Shown here: positions 17,479 to 26,197 of the stretch, one piece after another
How positions within the stretch are numbered: the first letter of the stretch is position 1
Layout: each line of letters starts with the position of its first letter
DNA from: an uncultured Eubacteriales bacterium
GTDB taxonomy: Bacteria > Acidobacteriota > Aminicenantia > Aminicenantales > Aminicenantaceae
Assembly: GCA_964560275.1 (NCBI GenBank)
Contig: CAZLLG010000001.1
Coordinates: 1 to 50,527 of the forward strand
Direction: 5' to 3'
DNA length: 50,527 nucleotides
Translations under genes and position numbers: made by a program
Notes under the pieces: model-generated
The model's input: the letters and a program-made list of their open reading frames with translations, nothing else
Told to the model about the DNA's origin: nothing
The model's database searches: none

Positions 17479-18786
17479 ATGAAAAAAAATGTCATCATAA
17501 TGGGTGCCGCTGGAAGGGATTTTCATAACTTCAATACTTTCTTCAGAGACAAAGACAACTATCAGGTAGTGGCATTTACGGCCACTCAGATTCCCGACAT
17601 CGAGGGCCGAAAATATCCCGCAGAACTCGCAGGCCCACTTTACCCGACAGGGATTCCTATCTATTCTGAAAACGACCTGATCAAGCTTATTAAATCCCTG
17701 GATGTGCGTGAGGTCTTCTTTTCCTACAGCGACACATCCAATGATTACGTCATGCACAAGTCCGCCGATGTTATGGCCGCGGGGGCAAGTTTTACTCTCC
17801 TCGGTCCGAGAGAGACGATGATCGCCAGCCAAAAACCACTAATCTCTGTTTGTGCAGTCCGCACGGGAGTGGGAAAAAGCCAGACCAGCCGGAAAATCGC
17901 AATGATGCTTAAAGACAAAGGCCATAAGGTCGTTGTCATCCGGCATCCCATGCCCTATGGGGATCTGGTCAAACAGAAAGTTCAGCGATTCGCCGAATAC
18001 GACGACATGATCAAACACGAGTGCACGATCGAGGAAATGGAAGAGTACGAGCCTCATATCCGGAACGGCATTATCGTTTATGCAGGGGTGGACTACGGCG
18101 CCATCTTGGATGAAGCTGAAAAGGAAGCCGATATCATCCTCTGGGACGGGGGAAACAACGACTATTCATTCTACAAGGCGGATCTGGAAATTGTCCTGAT
18201 CGATCCCCATCGCCCAGGACATGAGCTTAAGTATTACCCTGGAGAGGTGAATTTCAAAAGGGCTCAGGTTCTCATTATCAATAAGATGGATACGGCTAAT
18301 CAAGACGGCATCGACCAAGTTGTCAAAAATATCAAGGCTCATAATCCAGAAGCCATAATCATCCGGGCCAATTCCCCGATCACTGTTCCGGACGGTAAAG
18401 ATATCGAAGGACAGAACGTCCTAGTCGTTGAAGACGGACCGACACTGACACATGGGGGGATGGCCTATGGGGCTGGAATTGTCGCGGCAAAAAAATACGG
18501 CGCGGGCAGCATTGTCGATCCGCGCCCTTACGCCGTGGGCAGCATCAAAAGGACATTTGAAAAATATTCCCATCTCGACCGAGTCCTTCCGGCAATGGGG
18601 TATGGACAGGAACAGATTGCCGAACTGACCGAAACCATCAACCGCACCGAATGCGACCTCGTCATTGGAGCGACTCCCATCGATCTGGGCCGTCTGATTC
18701 AGACAGATAAAAGGATACTGCGCGTGTCCTACGATCTGGAAGAAATCGGCTTCCCCGACCTTCATGAGGTCCTCAAGGAGTTCTGA
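17479..18786 (+). CDS. P-loop NTPase resembling the cyclic 2,3-diphosphoglycerate synthetase (cpgS-like) family
   Basis: 435-aa ORF. The N-terminus VIIMGAAGRDFHNFNTFFRD, the P-loop RTGVGKSQTS and a Walker-B-like ILWDGGNND match my recollection of proteins annotated this way. The family assignment needs HMM confirmation. Confidence 0.6.
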   Translation: MKKNVIIMGAAGRDFHNFNTFFRDKDNYQVVAFTATQIPDIEGRKYPAELAGPLYPTGIPIYSENDLIKLIKSLDVREVFFSYSDTSNDYVMHKSADVMAAGASFTLLGPRETMIASQKPLISVCAVRTGVGKSQTSRKIAMMLKDKGHKVVVIRHPMPYGDLVKQKVQRFAEYDDMIKHECTIEEMEEYEPHIRNGIIVYAGVDYGAILDEAEKEADIILWDGGNNDYSFYKADLEIVLIDPHRPGHELKYYPGEVNFKRAQVLIINKMDTANQDGIDQVVKNIKAHNPEAIIIRANSPITVPDGKDIEGQNVLVVEDGPTLTHGGMAYGAGIVAAKKYGAGSIVDPRPYAVGSIKRTFEKYSHLDRVLPAMGYGQEQIAELTETINRTECDLVIGATPIDLGRLIQTDKRILRVSYDLEEIGFPDLHEVLKEF

Positions 18787-19754
18787 TGAAAACCAAAACC
18801 GCTCTCATCGCTTTCGGAGGAAATGCGCTCCTTCCCAAACCAAAGCATGGACTCCAGAGCGAGCAGATCAAACATGCCGAAAAAGCCGCCCGGTTGATGA
18901 TCCATGTCTTACTTCGGGGATATGATCTGATAATCGTTCATGGGAATGGCCCACAGGTCGGAAATCTGCTCATCCAGATGGAAGAATCCATCAACAAGGT
19001 TCCCCCTTTTTCTCTCGACATATGCGATGCGATGACCGAGGGCAGCATGGGATATATGCTGGAAAAGGCTATCATCAACGAACTTCGTAAAAAATCGGTG
19101 GACAAGGAAGTGGCCACACTAATTACGCAGGTTATCGTGGATAAGGAAGATCCGGCTTTCGATGTCCCATCCAAACCAATCGGCCCGTTTTACTCGGAAT
19201 ACAGGGCCAAGATGCTCATGCGGGAGAAAAAATGGGAAATGATGGAAGATGCAGGACGGGGATTCCGGAAAGTCGTCCCCTCGCCCAAACCGATTGACGT
19301 GGTGCCTAAACACGTGATGCATGAGCTCGTCAATTCGGGAAAAATTGTCATCGCTGCAGGAGGTGGAGGCATCCCGGTCATCATCAACGGCCGCGGACTC
19401 TTCCAGGGGGTGGAAGCGGTCATCGATAAAGATTACACCTCCGGACTCATTGCCAGAGAAACCCGAGCCGACCTATTCATCATCCTGACAAATGTTCCTC
19501 AAGTCTACTTAAATTTCGGCACACCAAGAGAAAAACCGATTTTCGAGATGACAGTGGACGAAGCCAAAAAACAGCTGGCCATGGAACAGTTTCCACCTGG
19601 ATCCATGGGCCCAAAAATAAAAGCTGCGATCGACTATATCGAAGGGGGTGGAAAAGAAGTCCTGATCACCTCCTCCAGCCACCTGAAAGCAGCACTGATC
19701 AACCGGTCAGGCACAAGGATTAGAGGGATAAACCGAGGAGACAAGAATGGATAA
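18786..19754 (+). CDS. arcC: carbamate kinase
   Basis: 322-aa ORF with LIAFGGNAL, IVHGNGPQVG and AAGGGGIPV motifs. The start overlaps the upstream stop (TGATG). Confidence 0.9.
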   Translation: MKTKTALIAFGGNALLPKPKHGLQSEQIKHAEKAARLMIHVLLRGYDLIIVHGNGPQVGNLLIQMEESINKVPPFSLDICDAMTEGSMGYMLEKAIINELRKKSVDKEVATLITQVIVDKEDPAFDVPSKPIGPFYSEYRAKMLMREKKWEMMEDAGRGFRKVVPSPKPIDVVPKHVMHELVNSGKIVIAAGGGGIPVIINGRGLFQGVEAVIDKDYTSGLIARETRADLFIILTNVPQVYLNFGTPREKPIFEMTVDEAKKQLAMEQFPPGSMGPKIKAAIDYIEGGGKEVLITSSSHLKAALINRSGTRIRGINRGDKNG

Positions 19755-20667
19755 CTTTCTTTCGATTCACGATTTGAGCATCTATGAGTTCCATGAACTG
19801 CTGGACCTAGCCGGTCATATCAAGGCTCAACCGCAGCGCTACAGAGAAAAACTCAAGGATAAGGTTTTAGCTATGATCTTCGAGAAGCCTTCGCTGAGGA
19901 CCAGAATGACCTTTCAAGTGGGGATGCTCCAGTTGGGCGGCCAGGCCGTCTATCTCGGCCCAACCGATATCCAAATGGGCCAGCGTGAAAGTACTCACGA
20001 CGTAGGGAAAAATCTCGAACGTTGGGTTGACATGATCATGATTCGCACATTTTCACATCAGATCGCTGTGGATCTGTCCATGTACACCAGGACTCCAGTT
20101 ATCAATGCCTTGACCGATTCGCTGCATCCCTGTCAGGGAATGGCCGATTTTCTAACCATCAAGGAACGCCATCATGATCTGACCAACTTTACACTCGCCT
20201 ATCTCGGAGACGGAAATAATGTCTGTCACAGCTTGATTTTCGCTGCAGCGAAAGCAGGTTCCCGAATGAAGGTGGCCACCCCTCCGGGATATGAACCCGA
20301 TCCCATTTTCGTAAAAAAAGCTGAAGAAGATGGGGTGAACACGGGCTTCAGCCTTACGATCTCGAATGATCCAACTGAAGCTGTTCGTGATGCCCACGCG
20401 GTTTATACCGATACCTGGACATCGATGGGGCAGGAGTCTGAAAAATATGAAAGAACCCAAGTCTTTTCCAAGTATCAGGTCAACCGCGATCTGATGGCTC
20501 AGGCAAACTCTCAAGCCATATTTATGCACTGTCTCCCTGCGCACAGAGGAGAAGAGGTGACAGATGAGGTTATCGATTCTCCTCAGTCAGTTGTTTTTGA
20601 CCAGGCAGAAAATAGGCTTCATTTCCAAAAAGCCATTATGTTATTATTGATGGGGATAAAAAAGTAG
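19747..20667 (+). CDS. argF: ornithine carbamoyltransferase
   Basis: 306-aa ORF with SLRTR, HPCQ, DTWTSMG and HCLP motifs. It overlaps arcC by 8 nt. Confidence 0.9.
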   Translation: MDNFLSIHDLSIYEFHELLDLAGHIKAQPQRYREKLKDKVLAMIFEKPSLRTRMTFQVGMLQLGGQAVYLGPTDIQMGQRESTHDVGKNLERWVDMIMIRTFSHQIAVDLSMYTRTPVINALTDSLHPCQGMADFLTIKERHHDLTNFTLAYLGDGNNVCHSLIFAAAKAGSRMKVATPPGYEPDPIFVKKAEEDGVNTGFSLTISNDPTEAVRDAHAVYTDTWTSMGQESEKYERTQVFSKYQVNRDLMAQANSQAIFMHCLPAHRGEEVTDEVIDSPQSVVFDQAENRLHFQKAIMLLLMGIKK

Positions 20668-20670
20668 AAA

Positions 20671-22887
20671 ATGGACCAAGAAAACGAACTCACACATATA
20701 GCTGTTGATGACCTTTCCTTTTTGGAAAAGGAGCTGGCCAAGACTAAAATACCGGTCAACCAGGAAGAACTGGTCACAAAGACCGCCTTTAAAAAGACGG
20801 CCAGCCTGCGGCGCCTCGAAGCTAAACAATACCATCCCGATTGTGTGTACGAAATTGGCGATCTTGTACACAAGGAATATGACGAACCGCTGACTGTCAG
20901 CTCAAAAGGCACCGAATATTTTAGGGGTTCGGTGGTGCTCAAGGTGGTCAATAAGTTTGCACTTCCTGATTACAACTGCGAAATGCTGGAAGTCGATTAC
21001 ACAGGAGGGGGCATATTCCGGAAACATGTCGATTATATGAAAAAATCCAGTACACAGGTTCTCCTTCCAAGTAACTGCGACGGAAAGGCCAAACTTCCAG
21101 AAATTCTGCAGAAGGGTGATGACCCACGGATTAACGAACTCCCAATGACGGATAAAGACCTGAAAAAACTGGCTAAAAACCTAAAATCGGCCCTTTTAAA
21201 ATCCGATAAATTTTTCAACTGGAATGACTTCTGGCAGCTGGAGGCAAGTCGGATCCCCATCAAAGCCAAAGAGATTAAGGACATTGAAAAACATTTTGAA
21301 AAAACCCCCCTTTCCACGGCCACAACGGACTTAGTCCCCCAGCTTTTTAATATCGACAAAGACCATGAGTTATTCGCGATTCACTGCCTCAGTCTCAACT
21401 TTGTTCTGGAAAAGGACTACAAGAAAAAATTTATCTATATTTCACCCGAAGAATGGGGAAAATGGTTCTCCAAGGAAACTCTCGATTCATTCCTAACTAA
21501 TCTTCCCATAACAAAATCCAAGGCCAAAGTACCCAGCTTGGATACAGCTAAACATGAACCCCTCTCCCCCGCCCCAGAAATGCCGCTAAAGATCTATCTT
21601 ACATGGAGAGAGGTTCTTTCGGGCAGCATCAAGATCCCTAAGAGCATGAACAGGCATTTTTCACAGTCCAGAGAATACACATTCACGGATACAGACGGCG
21701 GCCGTAAGTACGTCGTTTACTACTACCCCTCCTCAAATATCTTTTATGGGCTGAATGAATACTTCGAAAAAAACAATGTGCCCCAGGGGGCCAGTCTCAC
21801 AATCGAGAAAAAAACCCTCACATCGTGCCTTTTTAGCCTAAAAAAGTCAAAAAAAAAGCTAGAGGTACCACATCTTACATATGATCCTGTAAAGGATGAG
21901 ATTAGCGACACTGGGGAAGAAGCGTACACATTCGCCCTTCCCAATAAGATCATCTTTTTTGAACGTGAAACACTGACCACGCTTTTGACTCTTTACGGCC
22001 AGCGGAAAAACGCAGATCTCAAGGACCTGCTCATCCTCATCTTCAAAAATTTTGGGCTGGAGGGGGAAGCCCTGACTATGCACTACCAACGCGCCTTCCA
22101 TCTTGTCGATTTTATCAAACGCACCACCATCGAAGATGTGGAGATTGTGCTTCTCAACTCTCCTGAGTTCACACAGTCGGAAAAGAGCAAAGGTCTTTTT
22201 CTCTATCAGCTTGAAGTTGAGCCTCCGGAGGATCTCGGATTAGAAGAACTTTTAGAAAAACCTGTTGACCCAAAGATCGCGGCTATGCTCGAAGAACTCG
22301 AGGGAGAGAGTCTCCCTGAAATTGGGACTGTCGGCGAAATTGCTATTCCCGAAGTCCCCAAGATTGTCGAAGTCATCGAGCCCAAAAAGCCTGCCCCTGT
22401 TAAGCCTCCACTAAAAAAGGAAAAGGTTAAAGAACCGCCGCCAGCAAAACCTGCCCGAATTCCGCGCCGCAAAAAAGAAATCGACATCATTTCTCCAGAA
22501 GAAAAAGCTTCCGTAGAACCACCGAAAAAAGAAAAGGTTCCCAAGAAGAAAAAGCTGCGGATAAAGGAAGAGCAAGACAGAGCTCCACGCCGCAGACGCG
22601 GGGAGAAACGGCTCATTGAAGAAAGGATTGAACTCGAAGAATCGGAACACGAGGCCCTAATCGCACGCAAAGCAGAAGAAGCGGAACTGGAAAGCCTCAT
22701 CCTGCCTGATGAACCCAAAAAAGACGAATTAAAAGAAAAGGACAAAAAGGAAGAACTTGAGGAGTATGTCTCCGAAGCCCCAACGTCCTCTCTCTTTGCG
22801 GATAAACTAAAGTCTGCCCTGGACAAAACACCGGCTAAAGCGCCTGATAAAGGGAAAAAAACGAAAAAAAGAAGGAAACAAGCCTGA
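20671..22887 (+). CDS. hypothetical protein, 738 aa, with Lys/Glu/Pro-rich C-terminal third
   Basis: Long ORF starting 3 nt after the argF stop. I recognised no family for the whole protein, no TM segments are evident, and the tail from about nt 22220 is low-complexity KE-rich. Confidence 0.7.
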   Translation: MDQENELTHIAVDDLSFLEKELAKTKIPVNQEELVTKTAFKKTASLRRLEAKQYHPDCVYEIGDLVHKEYDEPLTVSSKGTEYFRGSVVLKVVNKFALPDYNCEMLEVDYTGGGIFRKHVDYMKKSSTQVLLPSNCDGKAKLPEILQKGDDPRINELPMTDKDLKKLAKNLKSALLKSDKFFNWNDFWQLEASRIPIKAKEIKDIEKHFEKTPLSTATTDLVPQLFNIDKDHELFAIHCLSLNFVLEKDYKKKFIYISPEEWGKWFSKETLDSFLTNLPITKSKAKVPSLDTAKHEPLSPAPEMPLKIYLTWREVLSGSIKIPKSMNRHFSQSREYTFTDTDGGRKYVVYYYPSSNIFYGLNEYFEKNNVPQGASLTIEKKTLTSCLFSLKKSKKKLEVPHLTYDPVKDEISDTGEEAYTFALPNKIIFFERETLTTLLTLYGQRKNADLKDLLILIFKNFGLEGEALTMHYQRAFHLVDFIKRTTIEDVEIVLLNSPEFTQSEKSKGLFLYQLEVEPPEDLGLEELLEKPVDPKIAAMLEELEGESLPEIGTVGEIAIPEVPKIVEVIEPKKPAPVKPPLKKEKVKEPPPAKPARIPRRKKEIDIISPEEKASVEPPKKEKVPKKKKLRIKEEQDRAPRRRRGEKRLIEERIELEESEHEALIARKAEEAELESLILPDEPKKDELKEKDKKEELEEYVSEAPTSSLFADKLKSALDKTPAKAPDKGKKTKKRRKQA

Positions 22888-22917
22888 GGCCGAAAAGTCG
22901 GTCGCGCGAAAGAACTC

Positions 22918-24063
22918 TTGGAAAAAACCGCTGATGTCGCTATCCTCGGAGGTGGTATCCTCGGAGTCAGCTCCGCATTTTTTCTCGCACGCCACAAGCC
23001 ATTACGAATCGTCCTGTTGGAAAAAGACGGACTTGCCCAGGCCACGACTGGATTGAGTGTCGGGGGAATTAGGCAACAGTTTTCTCACCCCTCGAATATC
23101 CTCCTCTCCCAAAAAACGCTCGCTTTTATAAAATCTTTCCAGAAGGAATTCAACATCCCGCTTTGCTTTCACAAGATAGGTTACCTCTTTCTCGCCCAAA
23201 AGGAGGACACATGGGAGGATTTTCTCTCGAGTGTCCAGACACAAAAACGATACAATGTCCCGGTGGAAACCCTTCTTCCTGACGAAATCCAACGCCAATG
23301 GCCCTATTTGAATGTCGCAGATCTCAAAGGAGGCACATTCTGCCCAGAGGATGGCTATGCAGATCCCTACGAAGTGACGATGGCCATGGCCAAAATTGCA
23401 CGAGAAAAGGGAGTGAGGATCCTTGAACAGACGGAAGTGACGGGAGTTCTTGTCGACAGAGGAAAAGTGCGCGGCGTGCAAACAAACCAAGGCGATCTTT
23501 CCGTTCCCATTGTCATCAATGCGGCCGGGCCGTGGGGCGGCAAGATTGGGCGGATGGCCGGGCTAAATTACCCCGTTTTCCCCTATAGGCGTCAGGTGTT
23601 TGTGACCAAGGCGTTTCAAGAATTGGCTAGACCGATTCCTCTCATTTTGGATTTCGACTCCCTCTTCTATTTTCGGGAGGAGGGGCCCTCTATCCTTATG
23701 GGTAAAAGTGATCCGGAGGAACCATCCAGCTTCAACGTCAACGTGGACAGAGGGTTTATGGAAACCGTCATTGAGGCGGCATGCCACAGAGCCCCCATGC
23801 TCGGCAGAGCGAAAATCGCAAAGGGCTGGGGAGGGCTTTATACCATAACACCTGATGAAAACCCGATCATCGGAGCCGATCCCAACATCGAAGGATTCTA
23901 CAACGCCATCGGATTTTCCGGACACGGTTTCCAGCACGGACCTGCAGTTGGAGAAATCCTCTCCGATCTCATCATAAACGGATCCACGACACGCGATTTG
24001 ACCCCTTTCTTTTCGGAGCGATTCACAAACGGATCGCTTCAGGGGGAAAAACGCGTCGTTTAA
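22918..24063 (+). CDS. FAD-dependent oxidoreductase (DAO family; glycine/D-amino-acid/sarcosine-oxidase-like)
   Basis: 381-aa ORF with an N-terminal dinucleotide fold (DVAILGGGILGVSSAFFLAR) and a C-terminal GFSGHGFQHGP motif. TTG start. Confidence 0.85.
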   Translation: MEKTADVAILGGGILGVSSAFFLARHKPLRIVLLEKDGLAQATTGLSVGGIRQQFSHPSNILLSQKTLAFIKSFQKEFNIPLCFHKIGYLFLAQKEDTWEDFLSSVQTQKRYNVPVETLLPDEIQRQWPYLNVADLKGGTFCPEDGYADPYEVTMAMAKIAREKGVRILEQTEVTGVLVDRGKVRGVQTNQGDLSVPIVINAAGPWGGKIGRMAGLNYPVFPYRRQVFVTKAFQELARPIPLILDFDSLFYFREEGPSILMGKSDPEEPSSFNVNVDRGFMETVIEAACHRAPMLGRAKIAKGWGGLYTITPDENPIIGADPNIEGFYNAIGFSGHGFQHGPAVGEILSDLIINGSTTRDLTPFFSERFTNGSLQGEKRVV

Positions 24064-24077
24064 GGAGGGCAAGAGTT

Positions 24078-25070
24078 GTGAAAATAAAAATTCTCGACCA
24101 AAAAAACGTCATAAAGGCTGTCACTATGGCAGAGGCCATCTCGGCCGTTCAGAACGCATTTATGCAGCTCTCCGCTCAAGAAGCGGTTGTGCCGATGCGA
24201 AGCCAGGTCCCTGTAAACAAAAACAATGGTATCTCTATCTTTATGCCGGCTTATCTGGAAAAAAGCCATTCTCTCGGGGCTAAAATCGGCTCTGTTTTTC
24301 CGGACAATATATCAAAAAACCTGCCCACTATTTCCGCGGTGGTAGTTGTTCTGGATGCCGATACGGGGCAGCCCCAGGCTGTTCTGGAGGGCACTTTTTT
24401 AACGGCCTTGCGCACCGGGGCCGCTTCTGGAGTAGCAACAGATCTATTGGCTAGACAAGATGCTTCGACAGCGGCTGTCTTTGGCGCCGGAACACAGGGC
24501 CGGACCCAAATGGAAGCTGTATGCACGGTGAGATCTATCGAAAAAATTTGGGTCTTTGATCCCCATGCCTCTGCAGCGGAGGCATTTTCACACGAATTAA
24601 AAGAAAAGGGAACCCCGTTTCCACGAGACATATCACCTGCCTCTTCCCCAAAACAAGCTGCGGCCAACGCTGATATTATCTGTGCGGCCACCACCTCATT
24701 TTCGCCTGTTTTTAACGATGAGTTTATCAAACCGGGCATCCACATCAACGGCGTTGGCTCTTACACTCCAGAAATGCAGGAGATTCCTGAAGCAACCGTA
24801 GTGCGGGCCAAAGTGTTCGTGGATTCCGTCTCCGCCAGTTGGGAAGAAGCCGGTGATTTGATTATTCCCTTTCAAAAGGGGCTCATCGACAAGGCCCATG
24901 TCCAAGGAGAGCTCGGAGAACTGATCTTGGGACAAATTGAGGGAAGGGCCAGAGCAGATGATATTACATTCTTTAAATCCGTTGGAGTAGCTGTGCAGGA
25001 TGTGTCTGTGGCACAAATCATTCTTCGTAAAGCTGAAAAACTAGGATTGGGATTGGATATTGACCTATAA
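24078..25070 (+). CDS. ornithine cyclodeaminase / mu-crystallin family protein
   Basis: 330-aa ORF with LTALRTGAASG and GAGTQG (NAD) motifs. GTG start with AAGGAGGG 8 nt upstream. Confidence 0.85.
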   Translation: MKIKILDQKNVIKAVTMAEAISAVQNAFMQLSAQEAVVPMRSQVPVNKNNGISIFMPAYLEKSHSLGAKIGSVFPDNISKNLPTISAVVVVLDADTGQPQAVLEGTFLTALRTGAASGVATDLLARQDASTAAVFGAGTQGRTQMEAVCTVRSIEKIWVFDPHASAAEAFSHELKEKGTPFPRDISPASSPKQAAANADIICAATTSFSPVFNDEFIKPGIHINGVGSYTPEMQEIPEATVVRAKVFVDSVSASWEEAGDLIIPFQKGLIDKAHVQGELGELILGQIEGRARADDITFFKSVGVAVQDVSVAQIILRKAEKLGLGLDIDL

Positions 25071-25086
25071 AAGGATTTTTCCTTTG

Positions 25087-26169
25087 CTAGAGGATTTCAC
25101 GAGTGGGTCCTCTGCGGCGTGTGACCCCCATCTGATCAAGAAGCTCAAGAAGAGGAATGGCATACTTCCGGGAAAGGCCGGTCAACTCTTTGAATTGACC
25201 CACACTCAGCTCTTTTCCTTCCAAGTTCCGGATTTTGGCCACCAGCTCTTCCAGCCAATGAGCATGAAGGATGAAGCCATCTTCTCCCTGGACAATCTTT
25301 CTCCTTTCTGCCAGAAGTGAAAGAAGGTTTTGCAGTCGCCGGGCGGAAAGATTAAAACGTCTCTGGAAGTCTTTCATAGTAACAGAATGGAGTTTTCCCT
25401 CTAGACACATCTCTTCAAGCATGTTGAGAAGGTCTTCCTCCTCCAGAGTCAGGGCCAGTTCAAAATCAATCACCGACAATCGTTTTCCGATCTCTTTGAT
25501 CTGGTTCTCACGATAGAGATGTTTTAGCGCAAGAAGCCAGATCCGATCTGGGAGGTCAAATTTTTGTCTCACTTCATTTTCCGGAATGCCAGGCTCATCC
25601 GGATGGGTTTCATGATGACGCTTGATGAACGCTGTAATTTTCTCTTTGAGGAACTCAAAGCTCACCTGAGAAAGCAAAAACAGCGGTGAGAACGAGAGAA
25701 TCCGTATCTGGCCCGCAGCTTCCAACTTCTGGCTGAGTGGAAGCAGCGTTTTCCTTGTGACAGGAGCAAATTCCAGGATCTCCTTTTCCCTCAATCCCAT
25801 AATTCCCTTTTCTCGGGTGAGAACGTCTAGCATATCGAGCTTGTTGCCCGTGAGCTGGAGGAGGAGCCGAATCCTTTTTTTTGACTCCTTCCCAATCGGT
25901 TTTTGGGCTCCAGGATAGAGGACTTTGCCTGAACCCAATACCTTCTTGGAACCCGGACTTTGGACATCAAAGGATAGCCCCCATTTTACGATTCTCGGAT
26001 TCGAGAGGGACACTGCAATAAAGGGCTTTTCAAAATCGCTGAATGATGTCTCATAAAAAGACAACGAGCCCGGCACTTTTTCTTTTTTTAGAACAAAAGT
26101 AACATCGTGTGTTTGGGAACTCTTTGGCAAAATAATATCGACAACAGCATCAAAAAAAGACGTTTTCAT
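25087..26169 (-). CDS. SelB C-terminal (domain III + winged-helix) protein lacking the GTPase domain
   Basis: 360-aa ORF. The C-terminus GLSRKYAIPLLELLDQMGVTRRRG matches the SelB WH4 motif (E. coli GVGRKLAIQILEYFDRIGFTRRRG). HETHPDEPGIPE resembles HRDEPGPGRE. No P-loop is present anywhere in the ORF. Confidence 0.7.
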   Translation of the reverse strand: MKTSFFDAVVDIILPKSSQTHDVTFVLKKEKVPGSLSFYETSFSDFEKPFIAVSLSNPRIVKWGLSFDVQSPGSKKVLGSGKVLYPGAQKPIGKESKKRIRLLLQLTGNKLDMLDVLTREKGIMGLREKEILEFAPVTRKTLLPLSQKLEAAGQIRILSFSPLFLLSQVSFEFLKEKITAFIKRHHETHPDEPGIPENEVRQKFDLPDRIWLLALKHLYRENQIKEIGKRLSVIDFELALTLEEEDLLNMLEEMCLEGKLHSVTMKDFQRRFNLSARRLQNLLSLLAERRKIVQGEDGFILHAHWLEELVAKIRNLEGKELSVGQFKELTGLSRKYAIPLLELLDQMGVTRRRGPTREIL

Positions 26170-26197
26170 ATCTTATTCTGTCCTGGTTCAGGGCCAA

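Noticed and set aside
22206-23045. 279-aa Ser-rich ORF on the minus strand.
   Set aside because: It is the mirror image of the repetitive GAA/AAG-rich KE tail of the 738-aa gene and spans two plus-strand genes. It is an artefact of low-complexity sequence.
25070-25085. AAAGGA-TTTT-TCCTTT hairpin between the convergent ocd-family and SelB-like genes, as a possible bidirectional terminator.
   Set aside because: It is a 6-bp AT-rich stem that overlaps both stop codons. The energy is marginal, so I noted it only.
25480-25850. NKLD tetrapeptide in the SelB-like protein, as a possible remnant of the G4 (NKxD) GTPase motif.
   Set aside because: By alignment to E. coli SelB it falls in the region after domain III (the WH1 equivalent), and no G1-G3 motifs accompany it. 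It is probably chance.
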